From the NCBI GenBank assembly GCA_965217865.1, contig CBDCJO010000002.1, positions 1,344,001 to 1,408,000 of the forward strand: a stretch of DNA of 64,000 nucleotides, read 5' to 3'. This stretch comes from Candidatus Latescibacterota bacterium. Lineage in GTDB: Bacteria > Latescibacterota > UBA2968 > SICM01. Under the pieces are notes generated by a model. The model ran no database searches and had not been told where the DNA came from. It saw only the letters and a program-made list of their open reading frames with translations. A program made the position numbers and the translations under genes. Below are positions 42,232 to 53,158 of this stretch, one piece after another (the stretch's first letter is position 1; each line of letters opens with the position of its first letter).

Positions 42232-42345
42232 AAAGACCCCTTTTTGGAGTAAGTCGAAGAGTTCTCGATCACGCTCCCGTTCCAGGAAGCCATCGAGTCC
42301 CTTCATGAGGCGGGTCTTGCGGGCGGACGGTTTATCAGTTGCGAT

Positions 42346-42645
42346 TCAGTCGGCTGCAAGGGCGACATCGCTGGAGGTCTTCTCGAAGTTCATTGGAGAG
42401 AGATATCCGAGTGCTGAGTGTCTCCGATGGAGGTTGTACCAGCCCTCGATGTATTGAAATACGGACATCCGGGCTTCGGCCTGTGTGCGGTAGTTTCGGC
42501 GATCCAGGCGTTCGCATTCAAGCGTGGCGAAGAAGCCCTCGCATAACGCGTTGTCGTAGCAATCACCGGTGGAACCCATAGAGGGCCGGACACCGGCCTT
42601 GCGGCACCGTAGACCGAAGGCAATGGAGGTGTACTGACATCCTTG
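42346..42645 (-). mobile_element. Second IS3 family transposase 3' fragment
   Basis: QYTS.AF, GDCYDNALCEGFFATLE, WYNLHRRHSALGYLSP. Confidence 0.82.
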
Positions 42646-42691
42646 GTATCTCGATTCCCGTATAGAAGGTGTCTGCAATCACAGCACCAGG

Positions 42692-43123
42692 ATGCATTTT
42701 GTCGATGATCTCTACCGCTATTTCTATGCTGCCTGCTTTGCTCAGGCAAAACATCGATCTCCAGTATTAAGAGATTTCCCTGCCGATCTTTTACCCGATC
42801 ATAAGAACGCCACGCGTGCATTGAACGGAAACACTCTTTTCGCTGACCGTTTTCGGGTGCAAGTCAGTAACAGACCAGCGACAACAGTAACTTCGCACAT
42901 TTCCAGAGACGGTCATTACTATATTCACCCCGATCCGACACAGTGCCGGAGCCTCACTGTCCGGGAAGCTGCCAGGCTACAGACTTTCCCGGACAATTAC
43001 ATTTTCTGCGGCTCACGCACATCGCAATACGTTCAGGTTGGCAATGCTGTGCCGCCCTTGCTGGCAAATCAGATTGCAGCCATTGTCTACGATGTATTGG
43101 AGCGGGCTGATGTGAGTCAGTAA
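42692..43123 (+). pseudogene. DNA cytosine-5 methyltransferase C-terminal fragment
   Basis: [39 protein letters not shown] (motifs IX-X); N-terminus lost next to the IS3 fragment. Confidence 0.85.
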
Positions 43124-43124
43124 A

Positions 43125-43790
43125 ATGGACTTCTTCGATAATTTCGGCTTGGTTTCGTTTCGCAAGGACTTGCTTGCCTGGTGGGAAGAGAACAAGCGAC
43201 CATATCCCTGGCGCGAAACCCGAGATCCGTATCAGATCCTTGTTGCTGAAGTGCTCCTGCATCGGACCCGGGCGGACCATGTGGTGTCTGTTTACCATCA
43301 GTTTCTGGATACATACCCGTCAGTAAGCGAGCTGGCAAAGGCATCCGTTGATGAACTCGGAGATCTGATCCAGCCTCTTGGCTTGCACTGGCGTGTTGAA
43401 CTGCTCTTTAACATGGCCCAGGAGTTACATGTCAGATTTGATGACCAGATTCCTACTGAACGCGAGAACCTTGAATCTCTGCCAGGGGTCAGCCACTACA
43501 TTTCAACAGCGGTTCGGTGCTTTGCCTATGGGTATCCCGACGCTCTGCTGGATACCAATACGGTCAGGATATGCGGAAGGATTTTGGATATTCCCGTAAC
43601 AGATGGTTCCCGGCGCAGCAAGAAATTCCGCAACCTGTTGGAAAACCTTGTTGATCCTGACCGTCCGGGCGATTTCAATTTCGCGCTCCTTGACCACGGA
43701 GCTCTCATCTGTCGTAGCCGCACTCCTCTATGTAAAGAGTGCCCGGTAAGGAAGCACTGTTACTATGGTAAAAGCATGTCAGGACAATAA
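43125..43790 (+). CDS. HhH-GPD DNA glycosylase (short MutY/Mig-like, no C-terminal MutT domain)
   Basis: RPYPWR, AEVLLHRT, LPGVSHY, LDTNTVR, C-x6-C-x2-C-x5-C. Confidence 0.85.
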   Translation: MDFFDNFGLVSFRKDLLAWWEENKRPYPWRETRDPYQILVAEVLLHRTRADHVVSVYHQFLDTYPSVSELAKASVDELGDLIQPLGLHWRVELLFNMAQELHVRFDDQIPTERENLESLPGVSHYISTAVRCFAYGYPDALLDTNTVRICGRILDIPVTDGSRRSKKFRNLLENLVDPDRPGDFNFALLDHGALICRSRTPLCKECPVRKHCYYGKSMSGQ

Positions 43791-43916
43791 CCATGTCTGA
43801 CTGGAATGATGTCTTACAGGATATTAAACGCTGGTATCCTTTTCTTACCCGGATGAATGTATGTGGTGCTGAACATCATTCATCCTCACTTCCTGAAGTT
43901 CTTCAGGCTAGCATAG

Positions 43917-45442
43917 CAGCCTGTTGAAAAAGTGCGTTTATGCCAAGATGACTGTTGTCTTTCCTTGTGGTTTGGTCCTATGATATATCAGGTTCAAACT
44001 GAGAAGGGAGGACGAGCAAATGGCAATGGGAAAACGAGGACGACAGAGACAGGAAAACCTGTTCATCGCATCGAACACTTTGGTGAAATCTCCGGGTCAT
44101 CCGTTCTACGAGAAGCTGAATCAGGTATTGGGGGCGAACGGCTTCGACGAGTTCGTCGAGGGGCTTTGCCAGCGGTATTACGCTCCTCATATGGGTCGCA
44201 AGGGCATTCCGCCCGGGGTTTATTTTCGGATGCTTTTGATTGGGTATTTCGAGGGACTTGATTCGGAACGTGGGATCGAATGGCGTGTATCTGACTCGCT
44301 GACGTTGCGCCGGTTTTTGGGGTATGCCCTTGACGAACAGACCCCGGATCATTCCAGCCTGTCTCGCATCCGGCATCGGCTTCCCTTGGAAGTTCACGAA
44401 GCGGTTTTCAAGTGGATCCTGAGGGTCTTGTGCAAAGCGGGTCTGGTGAAGGGGAAGACGTTGGGCGTGGATGCTACGACACTGGAGGCCAACGCCGCGA
44501 TGCGCAGCATTGTACGCCGTGACACGGGTGAAGGCTACCAGGCATTCCTTGAGAATCTGGCCAAGGCCTCGGGCATTGAAACGCCTACCCGCGAGGACTT
44601 GTCCAAGATCGATAAGAAGCGACCGAAGAAGGGATCGAACCAGGACTGGGAGCACCCGCACGACCCGGATGCCAAGATCGCTAAGATGAAGGACGGTCGC
44701 ACGCACATGGCGCACAAGGTGGAGCACGCGGTGGATCTGGACACCAATGCCATTGTGGCAGTGGCGTTGTCGGGAGCAGATGAAGGAGATACCGAGTCGT
44801 TGTCCTGGACGCTGCTCGAGGCGCAGCTCAATCTCAAGCAGGTCGCGAAGGACGAAAAAGCTGCCAAACGTTTGCACAGACAGCGTATACGGGAGGTGGT
44901 TGCGGACAAAGGATATCATAGCAACGATGTATTGACCAGTCTGAAGCAAGGCGGCATCCGGAGTTACATTTCAGAACCGGATCGGGGACGCCGCAAGTGG
45001 AACGGCCGACGAGATGAGCAGGCCGCGGTATATGCGAATCGACGCCGGATCAAGGGAGATCGCGGCAAGGCCTTGCGCCGAAGTCGTGCAGAACGGGTGG
45101 AAAGAACCATCGCTCACACATATGATACCGGTGGCATGCGCAGGTTGCACTTGAGAGACCGCGGCAATATCCTCAAGCGTTTGCTGATCCACATCGGGGG
45201 CTGCAACCTGGCTCTGCTCATGCGCAAAGTGATGGGCGTAGGTACTCCGAAGGCCCTCCAGGACCTGGCCAAGGCCTTGCAGCGTCTACTGCTCGTCCTA
45301 CAATCACGTTTGCTGCCCTCGGTCACCTTTTTAACCTCTTATCAGCGTCTCCTGCTCAATCTCCTTACCTTGATTTATCTGACCCGCACTCCAGGCGTCT
45401 TTTCCGTTTATGTGCGTTGAAAGGTAGTTCTTCAACGGGCTG
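43917..45442 (+). mobile_element. IS1182/IS5-like element, copy 3 (1526 bp; transposase 44020-45420 with altered C-terminus)
   Basis: ATAG duplicated on both sides; 1-bp deletion near 45308 relative to copy 1. Confidence 0.92.
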
Positions 45443-45460
45443 ATAGGCATTGCCGAAAGT

Positions 45461-45802
45461 CTACTTGAGGAGGAGACTGACTTTAAACGATTGGCAATGA
45501 TTTTCCCTCTCCTGCTGTCCTGTCCGGAATGGATCGCTGTTGGCTGTTCCCTTGCAACAATCAAACGGGATTTTCTTCCTGCCATAGAAAGCCTGGAACC
45601 TTTCAGGCCTGGACGAGTAACTCTTTCCAATTACTGTGTCAATTAGGAATCCATTCGCTCGAAGTAAGCTGACGAAGTTAAAGTAATCATCAAGAAGGTG
45701 AATGACACAAAACACACGCTTGTTCTCGAAGAGTTTTCGATGCTGCCCGTATTCACGAGCAACCGATGTCATCACGGGATAATCTAACTGGTCTGACAGC
45801 AT
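45461..45802 (-). pseudogene. Hypothetical fragment, possibly an AdoHcyase-like N-terminus
   Basis: VIHLLDD..F..LL..G..IGKSYS; frameshifted and cut by the IS. Confidence 0.3.
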
Positions 45803-45807
45803 AACAG

Positions 45808-46464
45808 CTAACTCAGTGACATAATCGCTTTTTGAAGCGCGACGCAGTTCGCGTTCAGTTCGAAGACTAAGTTCGTCTTGAGTAGCGCCCCGCTTTCCGT
45901 CATTCGACCAGACAGAAACGATCTAAATTCGAATTGACTCTTTAGTAGATAGTCAAGCCAAACTGACACCATCGCATTCAATTCAACCTCAGTGAGGGGG
46001 TTTGCACTGTGGTATCCACGAACAAACGGAAGGCTCAATTCCAACCTACTCTCAAACAGATAGCTGCACGCTCGAACTACGTCCCAGACACGCGGCGCTA
46101 TCTGCATCGACTCCAAGTCAATTAACGCAATCCGGTCCGACCCGGCATCGTATAGAATGTTCCGCGGTTGAAAGTCCCCATGAACAACCTGACGGCAAAT
46201 GTTGAATACGTCCTTGACGACTCCTTCAGCATCTGTCGCGAGTCCCTCGAGTGAATCGATTTTCCTTTGCATAGCACTGATGATCGAACGTGGGCACCAC
46301 ACCGTTGCTGATGCCTGCTTGCGAAGATCCTTTAGGTCTGAGATGGCCTTACTGCTAGCCTCGTAACGTCGTATCGGTAGCCCCTTAGGAACACAATACC
46401 AGGCAAATACCGCGTGTACGTCACCTAATAGCTTTCCAAGGCGGTAAGGGGACGGAGCGTCCTG
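45808..46464 (-). pseudogene. APH/homoserine-kinase-type phosphotransferase, 5'-truncated by IS3
   Basis: LGKLLGDVH, VHGDFQPRNIL, LIDLE, RVWD. Confidence 0.75.
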
Positions 46465-46968
46465 TGTCGATATCACGTATTTGTCCAGTCGATCGGGATG
46501 GCTGTATCTGGTTGTATTCATTGACCTGTTTTCACGTCGCGTAGTTGGCTGGTGCGTCAGCACCTCGCTGGCGCACGAAACGGTACTCACGCCCCTGTCA
46601 CGCGCAGTATGGCAACGCAGACCGCAGCCGAATCTGATGATTCATTCCGACCGATGTATTCAGTATTGCTGCGATGGATTCCGAAAGGCCGTCGACGCGC
46701 ATCAGTTTGTCCAAAGCATGAGCAAGAAGGCCGATTGCTGGGACAACGCCGTCTCCGAGTCATTCTTCAAAACCTTGAAGACCGAATGGCTGTATCACGT
46801 CGACTTGATCGACCTCGATCATGCAGAGCGCGAACTCTTCGAGTACATCGAAAAGTTTTACAACAATCAGCGGATGCACGCTTACCTGGACTATGTGTCC
46901 CCGGCCCTTTTTGAACGCCTATCGCTGCAGAAAGCGGCTTAAACCACTGTCCACTTTTCCCGGATCAT
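46465..46968 (+). mobile_element. IS3 family 3' fragment (same element as 41484)
   Basis: DITYL..GWLYLVVFIDLFSRR; near-identical to 41484-41940. Confidence 0.88.
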
Positions 46969-47139
46969 GCGCCATTCGAACTAAGTGGAGGAATCTCATA
47001 AACAATCCAAGGAGTTTAAAAATTTATCAGAGGGATTTTGTCTGGATAGTTGAGTAAAAAAAATTAAGGACTTGAACTAATCTTCTTTAGCTCGCCATCC
47101 ATCACCAGTTATTATTTCGCATTTAATTGCAGTGGCACC

Positions 47140-50100
47140 TTGAAAATCCTCAACAACCATCCCCGGTTGTCTGCAACCGACCTGGCCAACCATCTGGCCT
47201 GTCGCCATCTGACCCGGGTGGATCTCTCCGCCGCAAAAGGCGAACTTTCCCTCCCGAAATTCGAGGACCCCTCGCTTAAGGTGCTTCGGAAGCGTGGACT
47301 CCAGCACGAAGAGGCCTACCTGGATCAACTCCGTGCTCAAGGCAGGAAAATCTTTAAGCTGTCGGAGGGTTCCCAATATGAGGAGACATTGGCCGCGATG
47401 CAAGAGGGAGCGGATGTTATCGTGCAGGCAGCGCTGGAGAACGGCCGATGGGTGGGTCGGGCGGATGTGCTTTTGCGAGTGAATGGAGGGAGCGATGTCG
47501 GTGATTGGCACTACGAAGTCGTCGATACGAAACTGGCCCGAGAGACCCGTGCGGGGACGATTCTCCAATTGTGCCTTTATTCCGAGATCGTTGGAATGGC
47601 GCAGGGGCGGAGACCTGAGCGGATGAAAGTCGTGTCACCGGGAAAGGACTTCGAGCCCGAATGTTTTCGAGTAGATCACTACTTCTCCTACTACGGCTTC
47701 GTGAAGCGAAGATTGGAGGAAGCGGTGGACGGGTCGGTGGATAGAAAGACTTATCCGGAACCCGTGCCGCATTGCGATGTGTGTCTCTGGTGGTCCCGGT
47801 GTGACCGCCGACGCCGTGACGACGACCATCTGAGCCTGGTAGCGGGGATGTCCAGTTTTCACCGGGTTGAGCTCGGTGAGTGGGGAATCGGGACTTTGAA
47901 GGCGCTGGGCGAGTCGCCTCTTCAGCCGGAAAGGCGGCCGAAGCGGGGTACGCGAAAAGCGCTTGACCGAATGCAAGACCAGGCGCGGGTCCAGCTTATC
48001 GGCAGGCATCAGGGAAAGCCTTACTATGAGACACTCGAGGTGACCTCAGAGGAGGGATTGTCGCGGCTGCCCGAGCTGGACGAAGGAGACGTATTCTTCG
48101 ACATCGAAGGCGACGCCTTCGTCGGAGAGGGCGGTTTGGAGTACCTCTTCGGATGGATCACAATAGAGCGGAACTGCCCCCAGTATAATGCGTTATGGGC
48201 CCGCGATGGAACGGAAGAGAAGGCGGCTTTCGAAGCGTTCTTAGACGCTATGATGGAGCAACGTCGCCGTTTCCCGAAAATGCACGTCTACCACTTCGCA
48301 TCCTATGAGCCCATGGCCCTGAAGCGGCTTGCGAGCCGCTACGCAACGCGTGAGAACGCCCTGGATGAGCTGCTTCGAGCCCGGGTGTTCGTTGATCTGT
48401 ACGCCGTTGCCCGCCAGGGCGTGAGGGCGAGCGTCGAGAGCTACTCCATAAAAAAACTCGAGGCCTTCTACGGCTATAAACGCGAAGTAGAGCTGCAGGA
48501 GCTGGGAATGAACAAGCGGAAGTTGGAGGCGATGCTGGAACTGGGTGAGGAAGAGAATCTGCCGGTTGATATGCAAGACGTGGTTCAACGCTACAACGAG
48601 GATGATTGCCGGTCAACGTGGAAGCTGCGGGACTGGCTGGAAGGGGTTCGCGCTAAACTGATTTTGGAGGGGAAAGAGGTGCCACGGCCCGAACCGCTGG
48701 AGGGTCAACCCACGGAAGCCTTGAAGGAGCGGGAACAGCGGGTAAACGAAATGCGTGAGCGGCTGATCGCAGGCATCTCGAACCATCGGATGGACCGAAC
48801 GGACGAGGCTCAGGCCCGATGGCTGCTGGCCTACATCCTGGACTGGCACTGGCGCGAGGAGAAAGCGGCATGGTGGGAGTACTTCCGCCTGAAAGACCTG
48901 ACCGACGAGGAACTTTTCGAGGAAAAAGCGGCAATTGCGGACTTGAAATTCGTTGAAGAACTTCCTGTCCCCGGGAAAGAGAAGTCACCCCGACACCGCT
49001 ATCGCTTCCCGAAACAGATCACCGAGATTCGCGAAAATGCCGAACTGAAGGACGGGAACGGGGAGGACTTTGGTTCCGTGGTAGCGATCGACCAGGTGAG
49101 AAGCACGATCGATATCAAAAAGCTGGTCAAAAAGAAGACTCTTCATCCGACCAGCGTCTTCGAGTTCAACCTCGTCCGAAGCCGGGTACTGGCGGACTCG
49201 ATTATGAAAATAGCCGAATGGGTGGCGGAGAACGGTATCGACGCCCCCGGACCTTATCGTCCCGGAAGAGATCTGCTGCTGAATCGGCCTCCGGGACTGG
49301 CAGACGGGTCACCGCAACGGCTTTGTCTGCCAACCGAAGAGCCCGTCGACGCCGCGCGTCGTCTGGCTTTGCAGTTAAATGGGGGTCTCCTCCCCATTCA
49401 AGGGCCCCCCGGATCCGGAAAGACCTATGCGGGGGGAAGGATGGTCACTGATCTGGTGAACGCAGGAAAAAAGGTGGGCGTGACGGCTGCAAGCCACAAA
49501 GTGATCGCCAACCTTTTAGATGAGGTCGTGAAAGCCGCCGGGGAGGAGAAGGTTTCGCTTCAATGTGTGCAGAAGGTGAAACATCAATCCGAAGAGAAGC
49601 CTGACGGCATCCTGGAGGTGACAAAAAACCACGAGCCTTTGGAACTACTGAAGAGCGGCGAAGCCCGGGTGGCCGGCGGCACAGCCTGGTTGTGGGCCCG
49701 GCCGGAGTACGAGGAGGTTGTGGACGTGCTGTTCGTGGACGAGGCAGGCCAGATGTCGCTGGCCAATGTCGTAGCTATTGCCCGATGTGCGAAGAACATC
49801 GTGCTCCTGGGGGATCCGCAGCAGCTGGAACAACCGCAGAAGGGAAGCCACCCGGAAGGGACGGAAGTGGCTGCCCTGCAGCACGTCCTGGGCGATGCGG
49901 AGACGATGCCCGCTGAAAATGGGCTCTTCCTGGAGCAAACGTGGCGTTTGCATCCCGATATCTGCGGGTTTACCTCAACCCTGTTCTACGACGGAAAGCT
50001 GGCGCCCCGCGAAGGGATGGAGGGCCAGGTAATCAGTGGTCCGACTCGATATGCCGGTACGGGATTGTGGCTGGAGCCGGTGGAACACGAAGGGAATCAG

Positions 50101-50544
50101 AGCTCATCGGAGGAGGAGGTAGAGCGGGTTGCTATGGTTGTGGGAGACCTGTTGCAATCCGGTGTGACATGGACGAATCCCAAAGGGGAAGATAGGCCGT
50201 TGACAGAGCGGGATATCCTGGTTGTGGCGCCTTATAACGCGCAGGTCTTTGACCTTCAGAGGGAGCTTGGACCAAGCCTCCGGGTGGGGACCGTGGATAA
50301 GTTCCAGGGCCAGGAGGCCCCAGTGGTAATCTACTCGATGACGACATCATCCCCGGAAGAGGCCCCTCGAGGGATGGAATTCCTGTACAGCCCCAACCGG
50401 CTTAATGTCGCTACCTCGCGGGCGCGGTGTGCCTGCATCCTCGTTGCGAACCCGCGGATATTCGAACCGGAGTGCCGAAGCCCGAGACAGATGCGTTTGG
50501 CCAATGCCTTTTGTCGTTATGTAGAGATGGCGGGGGACGCATGA
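47140..50544 (+). CDS. TM0106-family RecB-like nuclease, RNase H-like domain and SF1 (DNA2/NAM7-like) helicase fusion
   Basis: GRADVL..VVDTK..QLCLY, CDVC..C, FFDIEG..YNEDDC, QGPPGSGKT, DEAGQ, GDPQQL, TVDKFQGQE, NRLNVATSRAR. Confidence 0.9.
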   Translation: MKILNNHPRLSATDLANHLACRHLTRVDLSAAKGELSLPKFEDPSLKVLRKRGLQHEEAYLDQLRAQGRKIFKLSEGSQYEETLAAMQEGADVIVQAALENGRWVGRADVLLRVNGGSDVGDWHYEVVDTKLARETRAGTILQLCLYSEIVGMAQGRRPERMKVVSPGKDFEPECFRVDHYFSYYGFVKRRLEEAVDGSVDRKTYPEPVPHCDVCLWWSRCDRRRRDDDHLSLVAGMSSFHRVELGEWGIGTLKALGESPLQPERRPKRGTRKALDRMQDQARVQLIGRHQGKPYYETLEVTSEEGLSRLPELDEGDVFFDIEGDAFVGEGGLEYLFGWITIERNCPQYNALWARDGTEEKAAFEAFLDAMMEQRRRFPKMHVYHFASYEPMALKRLASRYATRENALDELLRARVFVDLYAVARQGVRASVESYSIKKLEAFYGYKREVELQELGMNKRKLEAMLELGEEENLPVDMQDVVQRYNEDDCRSTWKLRDWLEGVRAKLILEGKEVPRPEPLEGQPTEALKEREQRVNEMRERLIAGISNHRMDRTDEAQARWLLAYILDWHWREEKAAWWEYFRLKDLTDEELFEEKAAIADLKFVEELPVPGKEKSPRHRYRFPKQITEIRENAELKDGNGEDFGSVVAIDQVRSTIDIKKLVKKKTLHPTSVFEFNLVRSRVLADSIMKIAEWVAENGIDAPGPYRPGRDLLLNRPPGLADGSPQRLCLPTEEPVDAARRLALQLNGGLLPIQGPPGSGKTYAGGRMVTDLVNAGKKVGVTAASHKVIANLLDEVVKAAGEEKVSLQCVQKVKHQSEEKPDGILEVTKNHEPLELLKSGEARVAGGTAWLWARPEYEEVVDVLFVDEAGQMSLANVVAIARCAKNIVLLGDPQQLEQPQKGSHPEGTEVAALQHVLGDAETMPAENGLFLEQTWRLHPDICGFTSTLFYDGKLAPREGMEGQVISGPTRYAGTGLWLEPVEHEGNQSSSEEEVERVAMVVGDLLQSGVTWTNPKGEDRPLTERDILVVAPYNAQVFDLQRELGPSLRVGTVDKFQGQEAPVVIYSMTTSSPEEAPRGMEFLYSPNRLNVATSRARCACILVANPRIFEPECRSPRQMRLANAFCRYVEMAGDA

Positions 50545-50767
50545 CATAGATTAACAGAACAAGAAAAAAATGATGGCAACTTGACCAACCCAATCTGGGG
50601 TCGGATTCAGCCCGCTCCGATCCTATAACCACCTCATCATTCAACTTGACATCAGATTTCATTCGACGTACATTTTAAATGAATTCCGCTCTTGGTCTTT
50701 GCTCATTGTCGAGAGGGAGAGCATCTACCTCCTAAAAATTAAGCGTGGGCAACGATAAAAGTCGCAT

Positions 50768-50867
50768 CTAGTACCAACCTGAGAAAATTCGCGTAACCTG
50801 ATTGCCTAGCAAAAACAGGATGTTAAGGGCGGATTTGCACGCATAAACTTGCGCAGCTAAGTACTAG
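50768..50867. mobile_element. Degenerate MITE-like element
   Basis: Imperfect terminal inverted repeats CTAGTAC... / ...GTACTAG with further inner complementarity. Confidence 0.4.
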
Positions 50868-50955
50868 TTTGGTCTTGCTCAGGGGGTGTGGGAGAATGGG
50901 GCAGACGGATTGGGAGGAAGCATGAGCGTTGAGCTAATCAGGAGGCCCGGCTAGC

Positions 50956-51975
50956 GTGCAATTGAGGCATGATCGAATTCGTCGGGCCCAAGAACTGATG
51001 GCCCAACACAAAATGATTGGCATCATGATCATGAATCCCGATGACTACAGATACTTCTTCAGCGAAGTCCGCTCTCAGCCCCGCGCCAACGTCAGAGAAA
51101 CGTTTCGTGAACTCTATGGCGGCCCACCGCCTGGAATTAAGTTGCCGGCGAGCGGCAGGCCACGGGTGGGAATGCAACTGTGGTTTCACACGCCCGCGTT
51201 TCTTGTCGACCTGTTTAGAAAGGTCAACCCTCAGGTCGATCTGGTTTCCTCTGATCCCGTGATGGACGAACTACGCATGGTCAAAGAGCCGGACGAGATC
51301 GAACTGATGAAGCGTGCGCAGGCCATTGCCGCAATCGGGATGGATCGTGTTCGGGAACTCTTGAAACCAGGGGCTACCGGTCATGAAATCGCAACCGAAG
51401 CGCTCTACACCATGATGAAAGCGGGGGCTGACGGAACGAGCACGCCGATCTATATAAACTCGGGGCTTCGCAGCTCCTGGATTCACGGGAAAGTTGACCG
51501 GACACCGATTGAGGCGGGGGACCTCGTCGTCGTAGACTTGACCCCGCTGTTCGAAGGCTACTGCGCAAATCTGGCTCGCACATTTGTCATGGGTGATGCG
51601 GGTGAGCAGGAACAACTGCTGCTCGATACCTACAACGAGATTCGCGAAGCGACGTGGAAGATACTGAAGCCGGGAGTGACGGTCTCCGATCTGGACGCTG
51701 TAGGCGCAGAAGTATGTGTTCGGCATGACCTGGAGCAATATCACATCAACGGGGTTTCTCACGGTATCGGCCTGCGTTTCGAAGAAAATCCGGCGTCGAC
51801 GATTATTCCGGCTCATCGAAAAACGCAGATACGGGCAGATATGACAATGACGATCGGTCACACGATACTGGCGATTCCAGAGATTGGCGGTGTGCGCTTT
51901 GAGGACGTCTACCGGGTAACGGAAGGGGGCGGCGTGATCCTCCACGACTATCCGGTTGACCCGAAGATCAATTGA
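50956..51975 (+). pseudogene. M24 Xaa-Pro peptidase family protein, probably internally deleted and 5'-frameshifted
   Basis: LRMVKEPDEIE, HG, VDLTP..GYCANLART, HGIG, GVRFED; the RBS-ATG at 50922 is out of frame. Confidence 0.75.
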
Positions 51976-52019
51976 TTGAAGATTTACAACCTACTCAGCG
52001 GCGCTCGCCCTCATCCACA

Positions 52020-52260
52020 ACATTTGACAATATCTCGCTTCAGCGTCCGCGCTACCTCGATGACGGGCGGTAGACGACTGTGGGTCGCCCAGAAATACCA
52101 GCGTTGGAAGAAACGACGAGCCCATCCTTGACGTCGGTAATTCCACAGCTGGCGCAGCGTCTCCTTGATCGCCCAGGCACGGCTCACCTGCAGGTCCATG
52201 CGACGCAGTTCATCGAAACGGGGCAACAGATGCTCGGGGATATTGTCGGGGTTGTACGGT
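52020..52260 (-). mobile_element. ISL3 family transposase fragment
   Basis: RAWAIKETLRQLW.Y..WARRFF.RWYFWATHSRLPP. Confidence 0.75.
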
Positions 52261-52384
52261 TGCGGACGAAAGCGCCTCGGGCGAGGCAGACCTCATTACC
52301 CTCTGTTGTTTCTCTGTGTGAAGTGCTCTATGACCGTTCTTGCCAAGACGGGTTGGGAATTTCATAGGTTTCTTGAGCAGCCCA

Positions 52385-52614
52385 ACTGTGGGTGCTGGAT
52401 CAATTCCGCTCGCATTACCGAGACGATACGATTGACAAGTGGGCCATTTTTCCATTATACCTACAGTCTGCTCCACCACCCGGAATACCGCGCGGGAGTT
52501 TCCACGCCTTCCTTATACGCCGGACTTCTGGGCTTTACCCAAGCGGGTCAACGCTTAGCCGATATCCATGTCGGCTATGAAGACCAACTCGAATATCCGC
52601 TCGAATCCTATTGA
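52385..52614 (+). pseudogene. Type ISP restriction-modification enzyme C-terminal fragment
   Basis: FRSHYRDDTIDKWAIF / HYTYSLLHHPEYR / REFPRLPYTPDFW / AGQRLADIHVGYE across frames. Confidence 0.65.
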
Positions 52615-52754
52615 AAGCTCCCTTATCCGGATCGACCTGCCACATCCGGTTCCGGATCGCCTGGGCCGACGGTTATCGGGTCGAAGTCTGGCCGTGGCGC
52701 CTATTGCTCACGCCAGCCGGGTGGGTCGGGGCATCCACATGCCAGTGATCGGGC

Positions 52755-52955
52755 CTCGAAATATTTCTTGATAATGTGAGTTGCACGGTCGATATCTTGT
52801 GTTTTGGTCCCACGGCCCAATCCGAACCGAAATGTGCTACCTATCTCGGCTGCAGTGCGGCGCATTGCTCGCAATACGTGCGAAGTCTCGGTCTTTGTAG
52901 ACTCGCATGCAGAACCCGTGGAAAGTGCGAGCCCAGTGAAGCCGTCCAGCAATGT
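52755..52955 (-). pseudogene. Cysteine desulfurase (IscS/DndA-like) C-terminal fragment
   Basis: LALSTGSAC..SHVLRAM..TFRFGLGR.T..DID. Confidence 0.65.
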
Positions 52956-53158
52956 CTTACTCGCGACCCCGTAGCCCGTCACGCCGCGGCCAGTACGACA
53001 GACCCCATCGAATCCACTAAAGCCGAACCAAACAACCCGATTCCCCCGCCACCTGAGACATGGGCTGCTCGAACTGGTCGCCGCTCCAAATTCAATCTGG
53101 ATAGACAGACGCCCGGAAGAGCAAAGGCGACACCTATCGTTTTCAGCATACTCCAATC

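Noticed and set aside
33851-45442. Composite transposon bounded by IS copies 2 and 3
   Set aside because: Copy 3 has its own complete ATAG TSD, indicating independent insertion, and the outer flanks do not form a direct repeat
46465-46590. N-terminus of the 260-aa phosphotransferase ORF
   Set aside because: It is the antisense reading of the IS3 fragment (identical to the ORF start at 41563)
52755-52955. Dnd/Ssp phosphorothioate system
   Set aside because: Only a short desulfurase tail; no dndBCDE or ssp genes seen
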